Assembly (NCBI GenBank): GCA_910588655.1
Contig: CAJUPJ010000013.1
Span: 6,444-70,443, forward strand
Direction of reading: 5' to 3'
Length of the DNA: 64,000 nt
Source of the DNA: an uncultured Lachnospiraceae bacterium
Lineage (GTDB): Bacteria > Bacillota > Clostridia > Lachnospirales > Lachnospiraceae
Of this stretch, positions 21,222 to 31,216 are shown piece after piece (position 1 is the first letter of the stretch; every line of letters starts with the position of its first letter). The notes under the pieces are model-generated. The model made no database searches. It was not told the origin of the DNA and was given only the letters and a program-made list of their open reading frames with translations. A program made the position numbers and the translations under genes.

Positions 21222-23129
21222 TTATGCTATTTTCTTTTTTAATACACCAAGAAGAAGAGTTGAAACTGCTGTACCAGCAACTAAAGCTACCAGGTAGAAT
21301 ATAGCATTTCCAACAACCGGAAAGACAAAAATCCCTCCATGTGGTGCCATCAGTGTACAATTAAATGCCATGCTGAGTGCCCCTGCAACACCAGAACCTG
21401 CAATACATGCCGGAAGTACATGGAGCGGGTCAGATGCTGCATATGGGATTGCCCCTTCTGTAATAAACGCAAGCCCCATAATAAAATTAGTTGGTCCTGC
21501 GTCCCTTTCCTCTTTTGTAAATTTATTTTTAAATAATAAGCTTGCAAGAGCGATTGCACATGGAGGTGTCATGCCTCCAATCATAACTGCTGCCATAATG
21601 CTATAATTTCCAGCCGCTATGGATGCTGTGCCAAACACATAAGCAGCTTTATTGAACGGACCACCCATATCAATTGCCATCATAGCCCCTAAAACCATAC
21701 CTAATATAATTTTACTAGAACCACCCATAGATTTAAGCCCGTTATTCAGGCCTGTGTTGATTGCACCCATTACTGGTTCAATTGCAAAATCCATTAAAAG
21801 CCCCATTACTAAAATACCTATAACCGGAAATATCAGTACAGGTGCTAATTTTTCAATTGCTTCTGGCAGTGCATCGCATCCTTTTTTCAATAAAACAATA
21901 ATATATCCTGCAATAAAGCCAGCAGCTAATGCTCCTAAAAATCCTGATTTGCCTTGTGCAGCAATCATTCCCCCAACAAAACCTACAGCAAGTGCCGGAC
22001 GGTCGCCAATTGCCATTGCGATAAAGCCAGCCAGTACAGGAAGCATAAAGCCAAATGCAATATCACCAATTCCTTTTAAAGTAGCTGCTGCTGCTGTAAT
22101 TGAACCAAAATTCCCTCTTTCCTCTACAGAAAGTGAATTCATGTCTACACCAATTCCGTCAATTAAAAATGCCAGTGCAATAAGTATACCACCGCCAACT
22201 ACAAATGGCAACATATGTGAAACACCATTCATAAGCTGTGTATAAATCTGATGCCCTGCACTGCCGCCTTTTGCTGCCTGTGCAGGCTGTGAGGTACTGG
22301 TGCTATGGTAAACAGGTGCATCACCTGCCATTGCCCGTTCCAGCAGTTCATCTGCTTTGTGTATGCCATCAGATACAGGACATTCAATTACTTTTTTCCC
22401 ATTAAAACGTTCCATTGGAACTTGCGCATCTGCTGCTACAATTATACAGTCTGCCGCATCAATATCCGCTGCTGTAAGTACGTTCTTAGCACCGCCAGAC
22501 CCTCTTGTTTCAATTTTTACAGAGCATCCTTTTGCTTTAGCTGCTTTTTCAATACCCTCTGCTGCCATATAAGTATGGGCAATCCCTGTCGGGCATGATG
22601 TAACAGCAAGGATTTTTGTCAGGCCCGCTCCTGCTGCCCCTGTATTTTCTAACTGCTCATCTATATCAGGCTTTTCATCATCCGCTTTGTCAATTATTTC
22701 CAGAAACTCATCTATTGAGCGTGCATTACAAAGTGCTGCTGAAAAGTCCTCATCCATCATTAATACTGATAATTTACTTAATACATCAAGGTGTACATTA
22801 TCCTTGGTATCCGGTGCTGCAATCAGGAACAGAAGCCTGACAGGTTCTCCGTCCAGTGAATCAAAATCCACACCATCCTTAATTACCATTGCAGCCAGCC
22901 CAGGCTTTATTACTGCATCACATTTCCCATGCGGGATAGCAATTCCTTCACCAATGCCAGTTGTACTTTCTTCTTCCCTTGCATACACCTGTTTCCTGTA
23001 TGCTTCAATATCCTTTATTTTCCCACTTTTTGCCATTAACTCTACTGCTGTATCTAATGTTTCTGGTTTGCTTTTTGGCGATGCATCCAGAAGTATGCTT
23101 CTTTTGTCTAATAAATCAGTAATCCTCAT
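21222..23129 (-). CDS. fruA: Fructose PTS enzyme IIABC
   Basis: IIA GIAIPHG, IIB VTSCPTGIAHTYMA, IIC NGVSHMLPFVVGGG; start MRITDLLDK at 23129. Confidence 0.95.
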   Translation of the reverse strand: MRITDLLDKRSILLDASPKSKPETLDTAVELMAKSGKIKDIEAYRKQVYAREEESTTGIGEGIAIPHGKCDAVIKPGLAAMVIKDGVDFDSLDGEPVRLLFLIAAPDTKDNVHLDVLSKLSVLMMDEDFSAALCNARSIDEFLEIIDKADDEKPDIDEQLENTGAAGAGLTKILAVTSCPTGIAHTYMAAEGIEKAAKAKGCSVKIETRGSGGAKNVLTAADIDAADCIIVAADAQVPMERFNGKKVIECPVSDGIHKADELLERAMAGDAPVYHSTSTSQPAQAAKGGSAGHQIYTQLMNGVSHMLPFVVGGGILIALAFLIDGIGVDMNSLSVEERGNFGSITAAAATLKGIGDIAFGFMLPVLAGFIAMAIGDRPALAVGFVGGMIAAQGKSGFLGALAAGFIAGYIIVLLKKGCDALPEAIEKLAPVLIFPVIGILVMGLLMDFAIEPVMGAINTGLNNGLKSMGGSSKIILGMVLGAMMAIDMGGPFNKAAYVFGTASIAAGNYSIMAAVMIGGMTPPCAIALASLLFKNKFTKEERDAGPTNFIMGLAFITEGAIPYAASDPLHVLPACIAGSGVAGALSMAFNCTLMAPHGGIFVFPVVGNAIFYLVALVAGTAVSTLLLGVLKKKIA

Positions 23130-23172
23130 AAAGACTTCCCCTTTCCAAAATATTTTCCTGTCTGCCCTGTTT

Positions 23173-24084
23173 TCAAGCAAGGATAACCTGCTGGTATACT
23201 TTTTCTGCTTCCTCTTTTGTTGCAAGATTTTCAGAAAATGCACTGGCACTTCCTGTTGCAACCCCCATACAGAACGCATGTTTGTAATCTTTTTTATACA
23301 GCCAGCCGGCTAAAAAACCAGCAACCATTGAATCCCCTGCACCTACAGCATTTTTCAGTTCACCCTCTGGAGCAGGGGCTTTATAAACTGCACCATCTTC
23401 TGCTACCAGCACAGCCCCCTCGCCTGCCATAGATACTAGTACATTCCTTGCTCCCTTTTCCTGTAATTTTCTGGCATATGGTATTACTTCTTCTCTTGTT
23501 CCCAGTATTACATCAAAAATTTCCCCAAGTTCATGATTGTTTGGTTTGACAAGAAACGGATGGTATTCTAAGACATTGAGAAGCAAATCTTTTGTAGCAT
23601 CAACAACTATCATAATCCCCCTGCCCTCCAGCCGTTTCATGATATCCCTGTAAATACCATCTGGCAGGGATGCTGGTATGCTTCCTGCAAGTACAAGAAC
23701 ATCCCCTTCATGTAACCTGTCTAATTTCTGCAAAAGAAGTTCCACTTGTTCCTGCCCGGTATCAGGGCCACGTCCGTTAATTTCTGTGCCATCAATTGAC
23801 TTTAACTTTAAATTAATTCTGGAAATCCCCTGGCTGGTTTTGATGAAATCTGCCTTAACTCCCATGCTTTCAATTTTCCTGTTAATTTCATCCCCTGTAA
23901 ATCCTGCTATAAATCCAAGCGCTGTACTTTCCATACCAAGATTTTTTAAAACAATAGAAACATTAATTCCTTTGCCGCCAGGCAGAATTAATTCCGAATC
24001 TGTACGGTTTGTAAGCCCAAGCTTAAAATCTGGTACAGAAACAATATAATCCAGTGATGGGTTAAAAGTAACTGTATAAATCAT
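23173..24084 (-). CDS. fruK: 1-phosphofructokinase
   Basis: MIYTVTFNPSLD, GGKGINVS, KPNNHEL, VGAGDSMVAGF. Confidence 0.95.
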   Translation of the reverse strand: MIYTVTFNPSLDYIVSVPDFKLGLTNRTDSELILPGGKGINVSIVLKNLGMESTALGFIAGFTGDEINRKIESMGVKADFIKTSQGISRINLKLKSIDGTEINGRGPDTGQEQVELLLQKLDRLHEGDVLVLAGSIPASLPDGIYRDIMKRLEGRGIMIVVDATKDLLLNVLEYHPFLVKPNNHELGEIFDVILGTREEVIPYARKLQEKGARNVLVSMAGEGAVLVAEDGAVYKAPAPEGELKNAVGAGDSMVAGFLAGWLYKKDYKHAFCMGVATGSASAFSENLATKEEAEKVYQQVILA

Positions 24085-24148
24085 ACCTTTCCCTTCCTTT
24101 CTGCTACTCTGGACTGTAGCTTTTTTTGTTAGACTAATTATATAACCA

Positions 24149-24237
24149 AAATCATTCAAAATCAATCACAAACATCCACAAAAAATCTAAACGTTTTTGA
24201 TGCATTTTGCACAAATATGATTGAATTTGGATGATTT
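24149..24237. promoter_or_regulatory. FruR-type operator repeats
   Basis: Minus strand TGATTGATTT-TGAATGATTT (24168-24149) and plus strand TGATTGAATT-TGGATGATTT (24218-24237) fit the TGAWWGWTTT direct-repeat FruR box of Firmicutes. Confidence 0.7.
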
Positions 24238-24336
24238 TAAATTTACCAGCATTATAAAAGGCTCCTGGGTATATTATAACCCAAAAGCCTTATTTAAATT
24301 TAATTTAAATACATATACACTTTTCTTAAGACGCCT

Positions 24337-25965
24337 TTATATAAAATACTTTAACAGACGTTCTTTTTTCTCTTTCTGTTTTGCCATTACATCCCCTGGC
24401 TTCCACTCTTTAACTTTAAGCAAATCTTTAACATCCTGTACTTCTGACTTTTTGTAATATTCCTTCTTTTTATCAAAGAATTCGTTCTTTGCTGCAATAT
24501 TTAACTTCTTGGACAGAGGCACAAGGTTGCCAAGTATGTTAAGCTTTTCACTCCATAACTTGTCTGTCCAGCCATCATAATTATTCCATTTCTTAGGAAG
24601 TATATGTTCAATCTCAACTTTTCCATCCATAAAATTTGCAAAATCTTTCTTATCCTGCTTTGGGTTCAGGTATGCCGCAAGCAGCACAACGCCGCGCTGG
24701 TAGCGTTTCAGCCTGTCTGTAGCCAGCAGGTCTTTAAAGTCTGCCAGGTCTTCTTTGTAAATATTTGTCTTGTAATCTGATAAGTAATCTTTTTCTTTTT
24801 CAATATCAACACAGACTTTGTAAACCGTATCCCTTACAGCATTGACAGAATTGTAAACAACACCTTTTATAAAGAAATACTTTACTGTTTCTTCTAAAAG
24901 CGTGGTAAACTGCCCCATATACCTGTCTGGCAGTACAAACTCCTTTGCATTTTCATCAAACAGGCCATATTTATGCAGAAAAACAAAAAGCGGGAAATTC
25001 CAGTAGTAATTAGGATATGTATACATAATGCACCACAGCGAAAATATTTCATCACTTCCATACCATTCATATTCTATGTTATTAATAATTTTAAGGCTTC
25101 TCATAATTTCACTGTAATTTTTTAAAGGACTGTCTGTCTTAGTAAAATAAGCACGCATACCTGTTTCCTTGCTGCTGTCCCCTGCCTTTGCACGCAGGAT
25201 ATGCATAAGTATACGGAAAAGCCAGTCATGGTTATATAAAGCACTCCAGTCTGTTATAAATTTATCCTGTCCGCTTTCTGGTGTATTATGGTATAATTTT
25301 GCCTTAAATATGTCTGCATCAGATAGTGACATGCCACGGTTATTTATTGTTTCAAAAATAACCAGTGCATCATCCTCTGAACCACAATGTATTGGCAGCA
25401 GGACAATATTGTCAAGCAGCGCAAGTATAAAGCTGTTCAGTGCTTCTGAAGTCTGTCCGTTGTATTTACGCCATTCTTCTATCTTTTCACAGAAAAACTT
25501 ATAATTCTTTAAAATATTACATTCTGGCATATCCTGTGTCTTGTCCATTATAACCATCTGCAGGTTTTCGCGGTCTTCACTTATTACATATGAATTAACA
25601 CGCAGTTCATCTGTAAGTTCAGAAGTAAGCGGGTCTTCAATCCTTAAACACTTCTCTAGTGCCTTAACCGTGCCAGCATTTGAATGTAGTGCTTTTATAA
25701 GCAGCAGAAGTGTTGTAAGCCGCTGCTGCCCGTCTACAACTTCCCAGGAGGCATCCGTCTTCTTAGCAGAAGGATTAATAACAATATTCCCTAAAAAATA
25801 CTTATCATCCTTTGTAGTACCTGTACCATAAAAACCAGTAATATCATCCCATAACTTTCCGCATGTTTCCTTATCCCATGAATACGGGCGCTGGAAATCT
25901 GGTATAATATACCTCTTAGAGAAAACTTCACGTATAGTTTCAGGATTAGCTGTAATAGCTTTCAT
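24337..25965 (-). CDS. DUF262 + DUF1524 (HNH) protein, GmrSD/SspE-like putative restriction/defence nuclease
   Basis: FQRPYSW, DGQQRLTT, FETINNRG; C-terminal EHILP...LGNLVPLSKKLNIAAKN. Confidence 0.88.
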   Translation of the reverse strand: MKAITANPETIREVFSKRYIIPDFQRPYSWDKETCGKLWDDITGFYGTGTTKDDKYFLGNIVINPSAKKTDASWEVVDGQQRLTTLLLLIKALHSNAGTVKALEKCLRIEDPLTSELTDELRVNSYVISEDRENLQMVIMDKTQDMPECNILKNYKFFCEKIEEWRKYNGQTSEALNSFILALLDNIVLLPIHCGSEDDALVIFETINNRGMSLSDADIFKAKLYHNTPESGQDKFITDWSALYNHDWLFRILMHILRAKAGDSSKETGMRAYFTKTDSPLKNYSEIMRSLKIINNIEYEWYGSDEIFSLWCIMYTYPNYYWNFPLFVFLHKYGLFDENAKEFVLPDRYMGQFTTLLEETVKYFFIKGVVYNSVNAVRDTVYKVCVDIEKEKDYLSDYKTNIYKEDLADFKDLLATDRLKRYQRGVVLLAAYLNPKQDKKDFANFMDGKVEIEHILPKKWNNYDGWTDKLWSEKLNILGNLVPLSKKLNIAAKNEFFDKKKEYYKKSEVQDVKDLLKVKEWKPGDVMAKQKEKKERLLKYFI

Positions 25966-26102
25966 AAATACACCTCTTCCGTTAGAATTTATTTTTTGTC
26001 TGTAATAAATACTGGAAATATTATACACACAAAAATATATAAATAACAACAAAAATATACTGCATTATAAAAGTTATTACAAAAAAGGACAAATATTTAC
26101 AT

Positions 26103-26819
26103 TTACTTCAGTTCCTGCTTTTTTAACATTATCCCGCATACAACTGCTGCTGCACAAAACAACAGTACAAGATACCACAAATCTCCAGGTATAAATTCCT
26201 CTTCCTGCATAAGCCTGTAGCCCCAGCAGGCAGGAAAAACTTTTCCAGCAGCCTCAAATGCTTCTGGCAGCAGGTTTGCCGGAAACATTATCCCAGATAA
26301 CATAATTGATGGCAGAAACACAAGCTGTGATACCATTGACAATTTTGCCTGGTTTTTTACTGTAAGCCCTAAAATACTCCCAATACTTAAAGATACAGCA
26401 ATATAAACAGCAAGTACCACAAAAAACACTGGCAGGTTTGCCGGCATTGCTGCACCAAATATAACTGGTGCAAGCAGAAGCAGCACTATGCACATAACTG
26501 CCAGATGTATAAATGCAGAAATAAACATTGTGGCAAGACCCATATACAATGGGACTCCATTTGCTTTATAAACCCTCTTAATACCATCCCCGCATGTTTC
26601 AGCCAGTGTAAGCGGAAGCCCTGTAAATGACCCCATAGAAACTCCCATTACAATCATTGACTGTATTAAAGTATTTTTCATTCCAGGCATTACTGATGTA
26701 AAAATACCTCCCATAAACAGAAAAAATATAAGTGGGATAAAATAACAGCTTACAAGCATAGTTTTGCTTCTTATATCCAATTTTAACTGCAATGCTACTC
26801 CATATACAAAAGCACTCAT
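26103..26819 (-). CDS. ABC-2 type permease
   Basis: About six transmembrane segments, LSGIMFP motif, overlaps the ATPase gene. Confidence 0.88.
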   Translation of the reverse strand: MSAFVYGVALQLKLDIRSKTMLVSCYFIPLIFFLFMGGIFTSVMPGMKNTLIQSMIVMGVSMGSFTGLPLTLAETCGDGIKRVYKANGVPLYMGLATMFISAFIHLAVMCIVLLLLAPVIFGAAMPANLPVFFVVLAVYIAVSLSIGSILGLTVKNQAKLSMVSQLVFLPSIMLSGIMFPANLLPEAFEAAGKVFPACWGYRLMQEEEFIPGDLWYLVLLFCAAAVVCGIMLKKQELK

Positions 26820-27631
26820 TTCCCAGCCCTCCCCGTTATTTCTATAAAATTCTGTTCCAGTGTGCCTTTCCCAGCCTTTATCCCTGATATTACAGTCCCC
26901 TGCTGGTTTAAACTGGCAAGCACAGGAAACAATGTACCTCCAATATCTTCTGTTTCGTAAGTATCTATACCCTGTTCCGTTGTAATATGTATATAATATT
27001 TTCCACCTGTTTTACAGGCAAGTTCCTGGACAGTCCCACAAAAAACAATATTGCCATTATTTAAAACTGCAATCCTGTCACATAACGCTTCAACCTCTGC
27101 CATATCATGGCTTGCCAGGACAATTGTTTTCCCTTTTTCCTTTAACTTGTGTATCTGCCTGTGAAGCAGCACCCTTCCCTCTGCATCCAGCCCTGCCGAC
27201 GGCTCATCAAGAAAAACAATATCAGGGCTGCCTGTAAGTGCAAGTGCAAGATGAAGACGTCTTTTCTGTCCTGTTGATAACTGTGCATACTGCTTATTTT
27301 TAATTTCCTTTATTCCAAATGTATCAATAACATAGCCAGGCACATTAGTTTTATTCCATCTGGCAAATAACTGTAATGCTTCCATTGGTTTTATATGTGC
27401 AGGGAGTGATGATGACTGTAACTGTATGCCTGCTTTTCCATTTATAATAATTGTACCACTGTCATATTTCCTTAATCCCTGTATACATTCCAGTGCAGTT
27501 GTCTTTCCAGCACCGTTTGCCCCAAGGAGGGCAAATATTTCACCTCCTTTAATATTGAAACTAATCCCTTTTAAAACAATATGGTTTCCATAACTTTTCT
27601 TTAATCCGTTAACCTCTATAACATTACCCAT
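26816..27631 (-). CDS. ABC transporter ATP-binding protein
   Basis: GANGAGKTT, LSTGQ, LDEP, SHD. Confidence 0.93.
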   Translation of the reverse strand: MGNVIEVNGLKKSYGNHIVLKGISFNIKGGEIFALLGANGAGKTTALECIQGLRKYDSGTIIINGKAGIQLQSSSLPAHIKPMEALQLFARWNKTNVPGYVIDTFGIKEIKNKQYAQLSTGQKRRLHLALALTGSPDIVFLDEPSAGLDAEGRVLLHRQIHKLKEKGKTIVLASHDMAEVEALCDRIAVLNNGNIVFCGTVQELACKTGGKYYIHITTEQGIDTYETEDIGGTLFPVLASLNQQGTVISGIKAGKGTLEQNFIEITGRAGK

Positions 27632-28434
27632 TACTTATCCTGCACCTCCCCAAACGGGACAGTCCCAAGCTTTCCAAAATAGATGTCCAAAGCCTGCCCA
27701 ATATAAGCATTTACAACTTTCTGCTTTTCTCCCCAGTCATTTTTAATATCTTCAAACTTTCCAGCTTCTATAAGACCTGGAATTAATGACATATCACCAC
27801 CTGTAAATTCCATTACCATTTCCCAATATGCACTGGCAAGCTTCTGGCACTCTTCACTCTCCACAGGTATGCCACTTCCCTGCAGTTCCAGGATTTTGTC
27901 TGTAAGACACTGGAATTTATCCATAAATGCCATGCCGCTTTCCTTGTCAAAATGGTTTCTGATATGGTTAAGGGTATACTCATCAAAATGTTTAATTAAA
28001 TAGTAAAATTCATTCTCCATCTGCAAATTAATAATTATATCTGCATATTTGCTGAAATCTACCGTCTGCATCTGTAACACTTCTGCACGCAGCTGCTCTA
28101 TTGCAGTTAGTGAAGCAGATAACTGCTTTATTTTTTCGCGTATGCTTCCAGCCTGTTTTGCAAGGGCATCTGCAACACCACCAGGTGTATCTAGCGAAAC
28201 CAGCGCTTCCTTTATATTATCTAATGAAAACCCTAAAGACTTCAAAGACAAAATCTGGTGCAACACAACTAAATCCCTGTCATTATAAAGCCTGCGCCCG
28301 CCCTCAGTCTTTGCTGACGGGGAAAGAAGCCCCTCCTTATCATAATACTGTAATGTGCGGACAGTAATCCCCATCTTCTTTGCAACCTCACCAACAGTCA
28401 TATAGCCTTGTGGTACTGATTTGTATTTTTCCAT
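27631..28434 (-). CDS. MerR-family regulator (TipA/Mta-like)
   Basis: TVGEVAKKMGITVRTLQYYDKEGLL...RRLY; helical C-terminal effector domain. Confidence 0.92.
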   Translation of the reverse strand: MEKYKSVPQGYMTVGEVAKKMGITVRTLQYYDKEGLLSPSAKTEGGRRLYNDRDLVVLHQILSLKSLGFSLDNIKEALVSLDTPGGVADALAKQAGSIREKIKQLSASLTAIEQLRAEVLQMQTVDFSKYADIIINLQMENEFYYLIKHFDEYTLNHIRNHFDKESGMAFMDKFQCLTDKILELQGSGIPVESEECQKLASAYWEMVMEFTGGDMSLIPGLIEAGKFEDIKNDWGEKQKVVNAYIGQALDIYFGKLGTVPFGEVQDK

Positions 28435-28477
28435 AAAATCCCCCTTGCTGCCTCTTATAAAAAATTTTCATAAGTGT

Positions 28478-28508
28478 ATTATAAAACATGACGTTACGTC
28501 ACAAACAA
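28478..28508 (-). promoter_or_regulatory. MerR-type promoter with 19-bp spacer and internal dyad
   Basis: TTGTTT-19 bp-TATAAT with TGACGT-A-ACGTCA (28489-28501) inside the spacer. Confidence 0.8.
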
Positions 28509-28518
28509 GGCTTATATG

Positions 28519-29417
28519 ATAATTTACAATTATTTTATATTTGTGCAAGGACGGACGGTTTCTGTGCCAGAGCCAGAATATTCCATAAAAGGGGCACGCT
28601 TCCGCTACGTTAACCCACGCAACGGCACATAAAGCCAGATATATAATGCCCAGAATAAACTAACGTTTATTCCGTAACATTATATATCTGGCTTAAATGC
28701 CGGCGGGGTTAAAGTGCCCCTTTTATGGAATATTACTGGCATCTGGCACGCAAAACCTGCCATTACAAACCAGCAAATTTGCACAAAAACACAAAAATAA
28801 AATAACTGCAAATTATGGGAGGTGGCAAGCCATTCTGCTAGTCACATATCACATTGCCTGCAAGCAGGCATTAGCAACTTGCCATTACTTTCCGTACGTC
28901 TAAATCATCTTCCCTGCAGCATAATTTCCAGTTATACTAGCAAAGGCTTTTTTGTGATTTTGCCAGAAAACAGCAGGAGTTACGTGTTCCAGCTAATATT
29001 ATTATATAACAGAGACACTGTTGTGTGGGCTGGCATAACGCAATGTCATTTAGTTAAGAGTTTAAGTGGAAATTGTTTATAAATTACCAAAGTGTAGATT
29101 GCTGGTAAATTCCAAATGTGCTTCCATGAAAAAGCTGTACGAAGCCGCTGGTGCTTAAGCCCTGTACTAAAATGTTCCGCAGGAACATTAAGGGCTTTAT
29201 GCACCATTGCGTGCGAGTCCAAGCGGAAGCGTGCTTTTTTCATGGAAGGCACTTTGGATTTGCCAGCACATACAATACATGATATTTTTAAACAATTCCC
29301 CTTAACTAAATGACATTGCGTTATATTTGAATAGCACAATCCTGCCTTGTCATGTAATAATTTAGAAGAACATGTAAACCTGCGTTAATACACCAAAACA
29401 AAATAACTGGAAATTAC
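28519..29417. repeat. Modular hairpin element, composite in reverse orientation (b-L-a) with a nested insert
   Basis: S-type sites at 28519, 28802, 28921 and 29403; reverse-complement homology to 3740-4425. Confidence 0.88.
29035..29324. mobile_element. Nested 290-bp MITE-like hairpin (module c) with perfect 24-bp terminal inverted repeats
   Basis: ataacgcaatgtcatttagttaag (29035-29058) / cttaactaaatgacattgcgttat (29301-29324); internal stems and the shared gcggaagcgtgc core. Confidence 0.75.
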
Positions 29418-31216
29418 ATACGGCACTTTGGATTTGCCAGCTGGTAGTACATGCCTTTCTTCTGCATAAGTTCTTCATGGCTTCCATCTTCCATTATGCC
29501 TTTGTTGTCAATATACAAAATCCTGTCTGCATTTTGTATTGTTGACAGCCTGTGGGCTATTATAAAACAGGTTTTTCCTTTAAGCACTGTTGTAAAGAGT
29601 TTCTGTACAAGCCTTTCTGTTTCTGTATCAATATTACTTGTTGCTTCATCAAGTATAATAATATCAGGATCCATAAGCAGAAGCCTTGCAAATGAAAGAA
29701 GCTGCTTTTCACCAGCAGAAAGTTCTGTACCTTCACTTGATATAACTGTATGGTACCCTTCTTTCTTTTTCATAATAAAGTCATGTGCAAATACCTTCTT
29801 AGCGGCATCCATGCACTCTTCATCAGTTGCATCTGGTCTTGAGAAGCGGATATTCTCAATAATTTCACCACTGAAAAGAAATGTGTCCTGCATCATTACC
29901 CCGACACTGCCCCTTAATGAATTAAGGGTTACATCCCTTATATCAGTACCATCAATTAAAACACTTCCACTGTCAATATCATAGAAACGGCTTAAAAGGC
30001 TCACTATTGTAGTTTTTCCTGCACCTGTAGGGCCAACAAGCGCAACCATCTGCCCAGGTTTTACAGCCAGGTTTACATTCTGTAGGACTGGCATACCCTC
30101 TACATATGAGAATGTAACTTCTTTAAATTCTACTGCACCGCCTGTTACACACAGCTCTGCCGCATCTTCTTTATCCCTGATATCACTTTCAGTACCAAGA
30201 ACTTCAAATATACGCTCTATATTAGAAGTTATGCTGGCTACTGACTGGAGCTGCTGGCACACTACATATATTGCATCAGAAAACCGCTGCATATAAGTAG
30301 TAATTACTACAAGTGCCCCTAACGAAAACCCTGCACCAATATTATTTGTAATAATAAATAACGCTGTTATATACATTGCAACGCTGCAAAGAATTCTTAC
30401 TCCTGCAAATGACAGCGGAAAGAAAAGTTCGCGGTATCTTGTTGTATTCATAAATGCTTTATGGTATTTTTCTGAAAGCTCTATAAATATCTCATCATTT
30501 AATGCTTCCCTGTTAAATGCCTTTATTACTTCAAGCCCGTTTATATCCTCTGCCACAAATGCTGTCCTGTTGCTCATTTTATTACGGTCAATACGTGAAT
30601 AGCGGTGCAGCGCTTTTGCAACAGCCCATAACAGCATGGCAAGCGGTATGCTTACAACAATGCCCATTACTGCCATGCGTATTTCAACAAAACATATGCA
30701 TATTACAGTAATTACCATTACAAGTACCCTGTCTATTACACGCAGCAGGTTATTTATAAAGAAATTCGCTATCTCATCCGTATAATTTGTAATACGCACA
30801 AGTATTTTACCTGTTGGCCTGCTGTCATAGTAATCAAAGCTTAGTTCCATAAGCTTTGCAAATAAATCTTCTCTGAGCCGGCATACAATATTATTGCCAA
30901 TTGTTGTAGCAGTTTTTGAAGAAAAATAATCTGCAATTACTGAACCAAGGCTTAATGTAATCCATAAACTTAATAAAATTACTGCTTTGCTCCCCGCATT
31001 ATCTGGTACTGCCCCGTTATCTGGCAGTACCTCATTAATAATTTCCATATTAATTGCAGTTGGCACAAGTGACAGCAATGCTGCACCCGAAAGCAGTACC
31101 GCCGCTTTTACATAATCCCGCTTATACTCTGCTGCATATGATAACAGGCGTTTAAACATAAAACCATTAAATTTTTCTTCTAATATCTCATCTTCATAAT
31201 ACAAGTTCCTGCCCAT
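29414..31216 (-). CDS. ABC exporter, fused TMD-NBD subunit 2
   Basis: GPTGAGKTT, LSAGEKQ, LDEATS, IAHRLST. Confidence 0.93.
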   Translation of the reverse strand: MGRNLYYEDEILEEKFNGFMFKRLLSYAAEYKRDYVKAAVLLSGAALLSLVPTAINMEIINEVLPDNGAVPDNAGSKAVILLSLWITLSLGSVIADYFSSKTATTIGNNIVCRLREDLFAKLMELSFDYYDSRPTGKILVRITNYTDEIANFFINNLLRVIDRVLVMVITVICICFVEIRMAVMGIVVSIPLAMLLWAVAKALHRYSRIDRNKMSNRTAFVAEDINGLEVIKAFNREALNDEIFIELSEKYHKAFMNTTRYRELFFPLSFAGVRILCSVAMYITALFIITNNIGAGFSLGALVVITTYMQRFSDAIYVVCQQLQSVASITSNIERIFEVLGTESDIRDKEDAAELCVTGGAVEFKEVTFSYVEGMPVLQNVNLAVKPGQMVALVGPTGAGKTTIVSLLSRFYDIDSGSVLIDGTDIRDVTLNSLRGSVGVMMQDTFLFSGEIIENIRFSRPDATDEECMDAAKKVFAHDFIMKKKEGYHTVISSEGTELSAGEKQLLSFARLLLMDPDIIILDEATSNIDTETERLVQKLFTTVLKGKTCFIIAHRLSTIQNADRILYIDNKGIMEDGSHEELMQKKGMYYQLANPKCRM

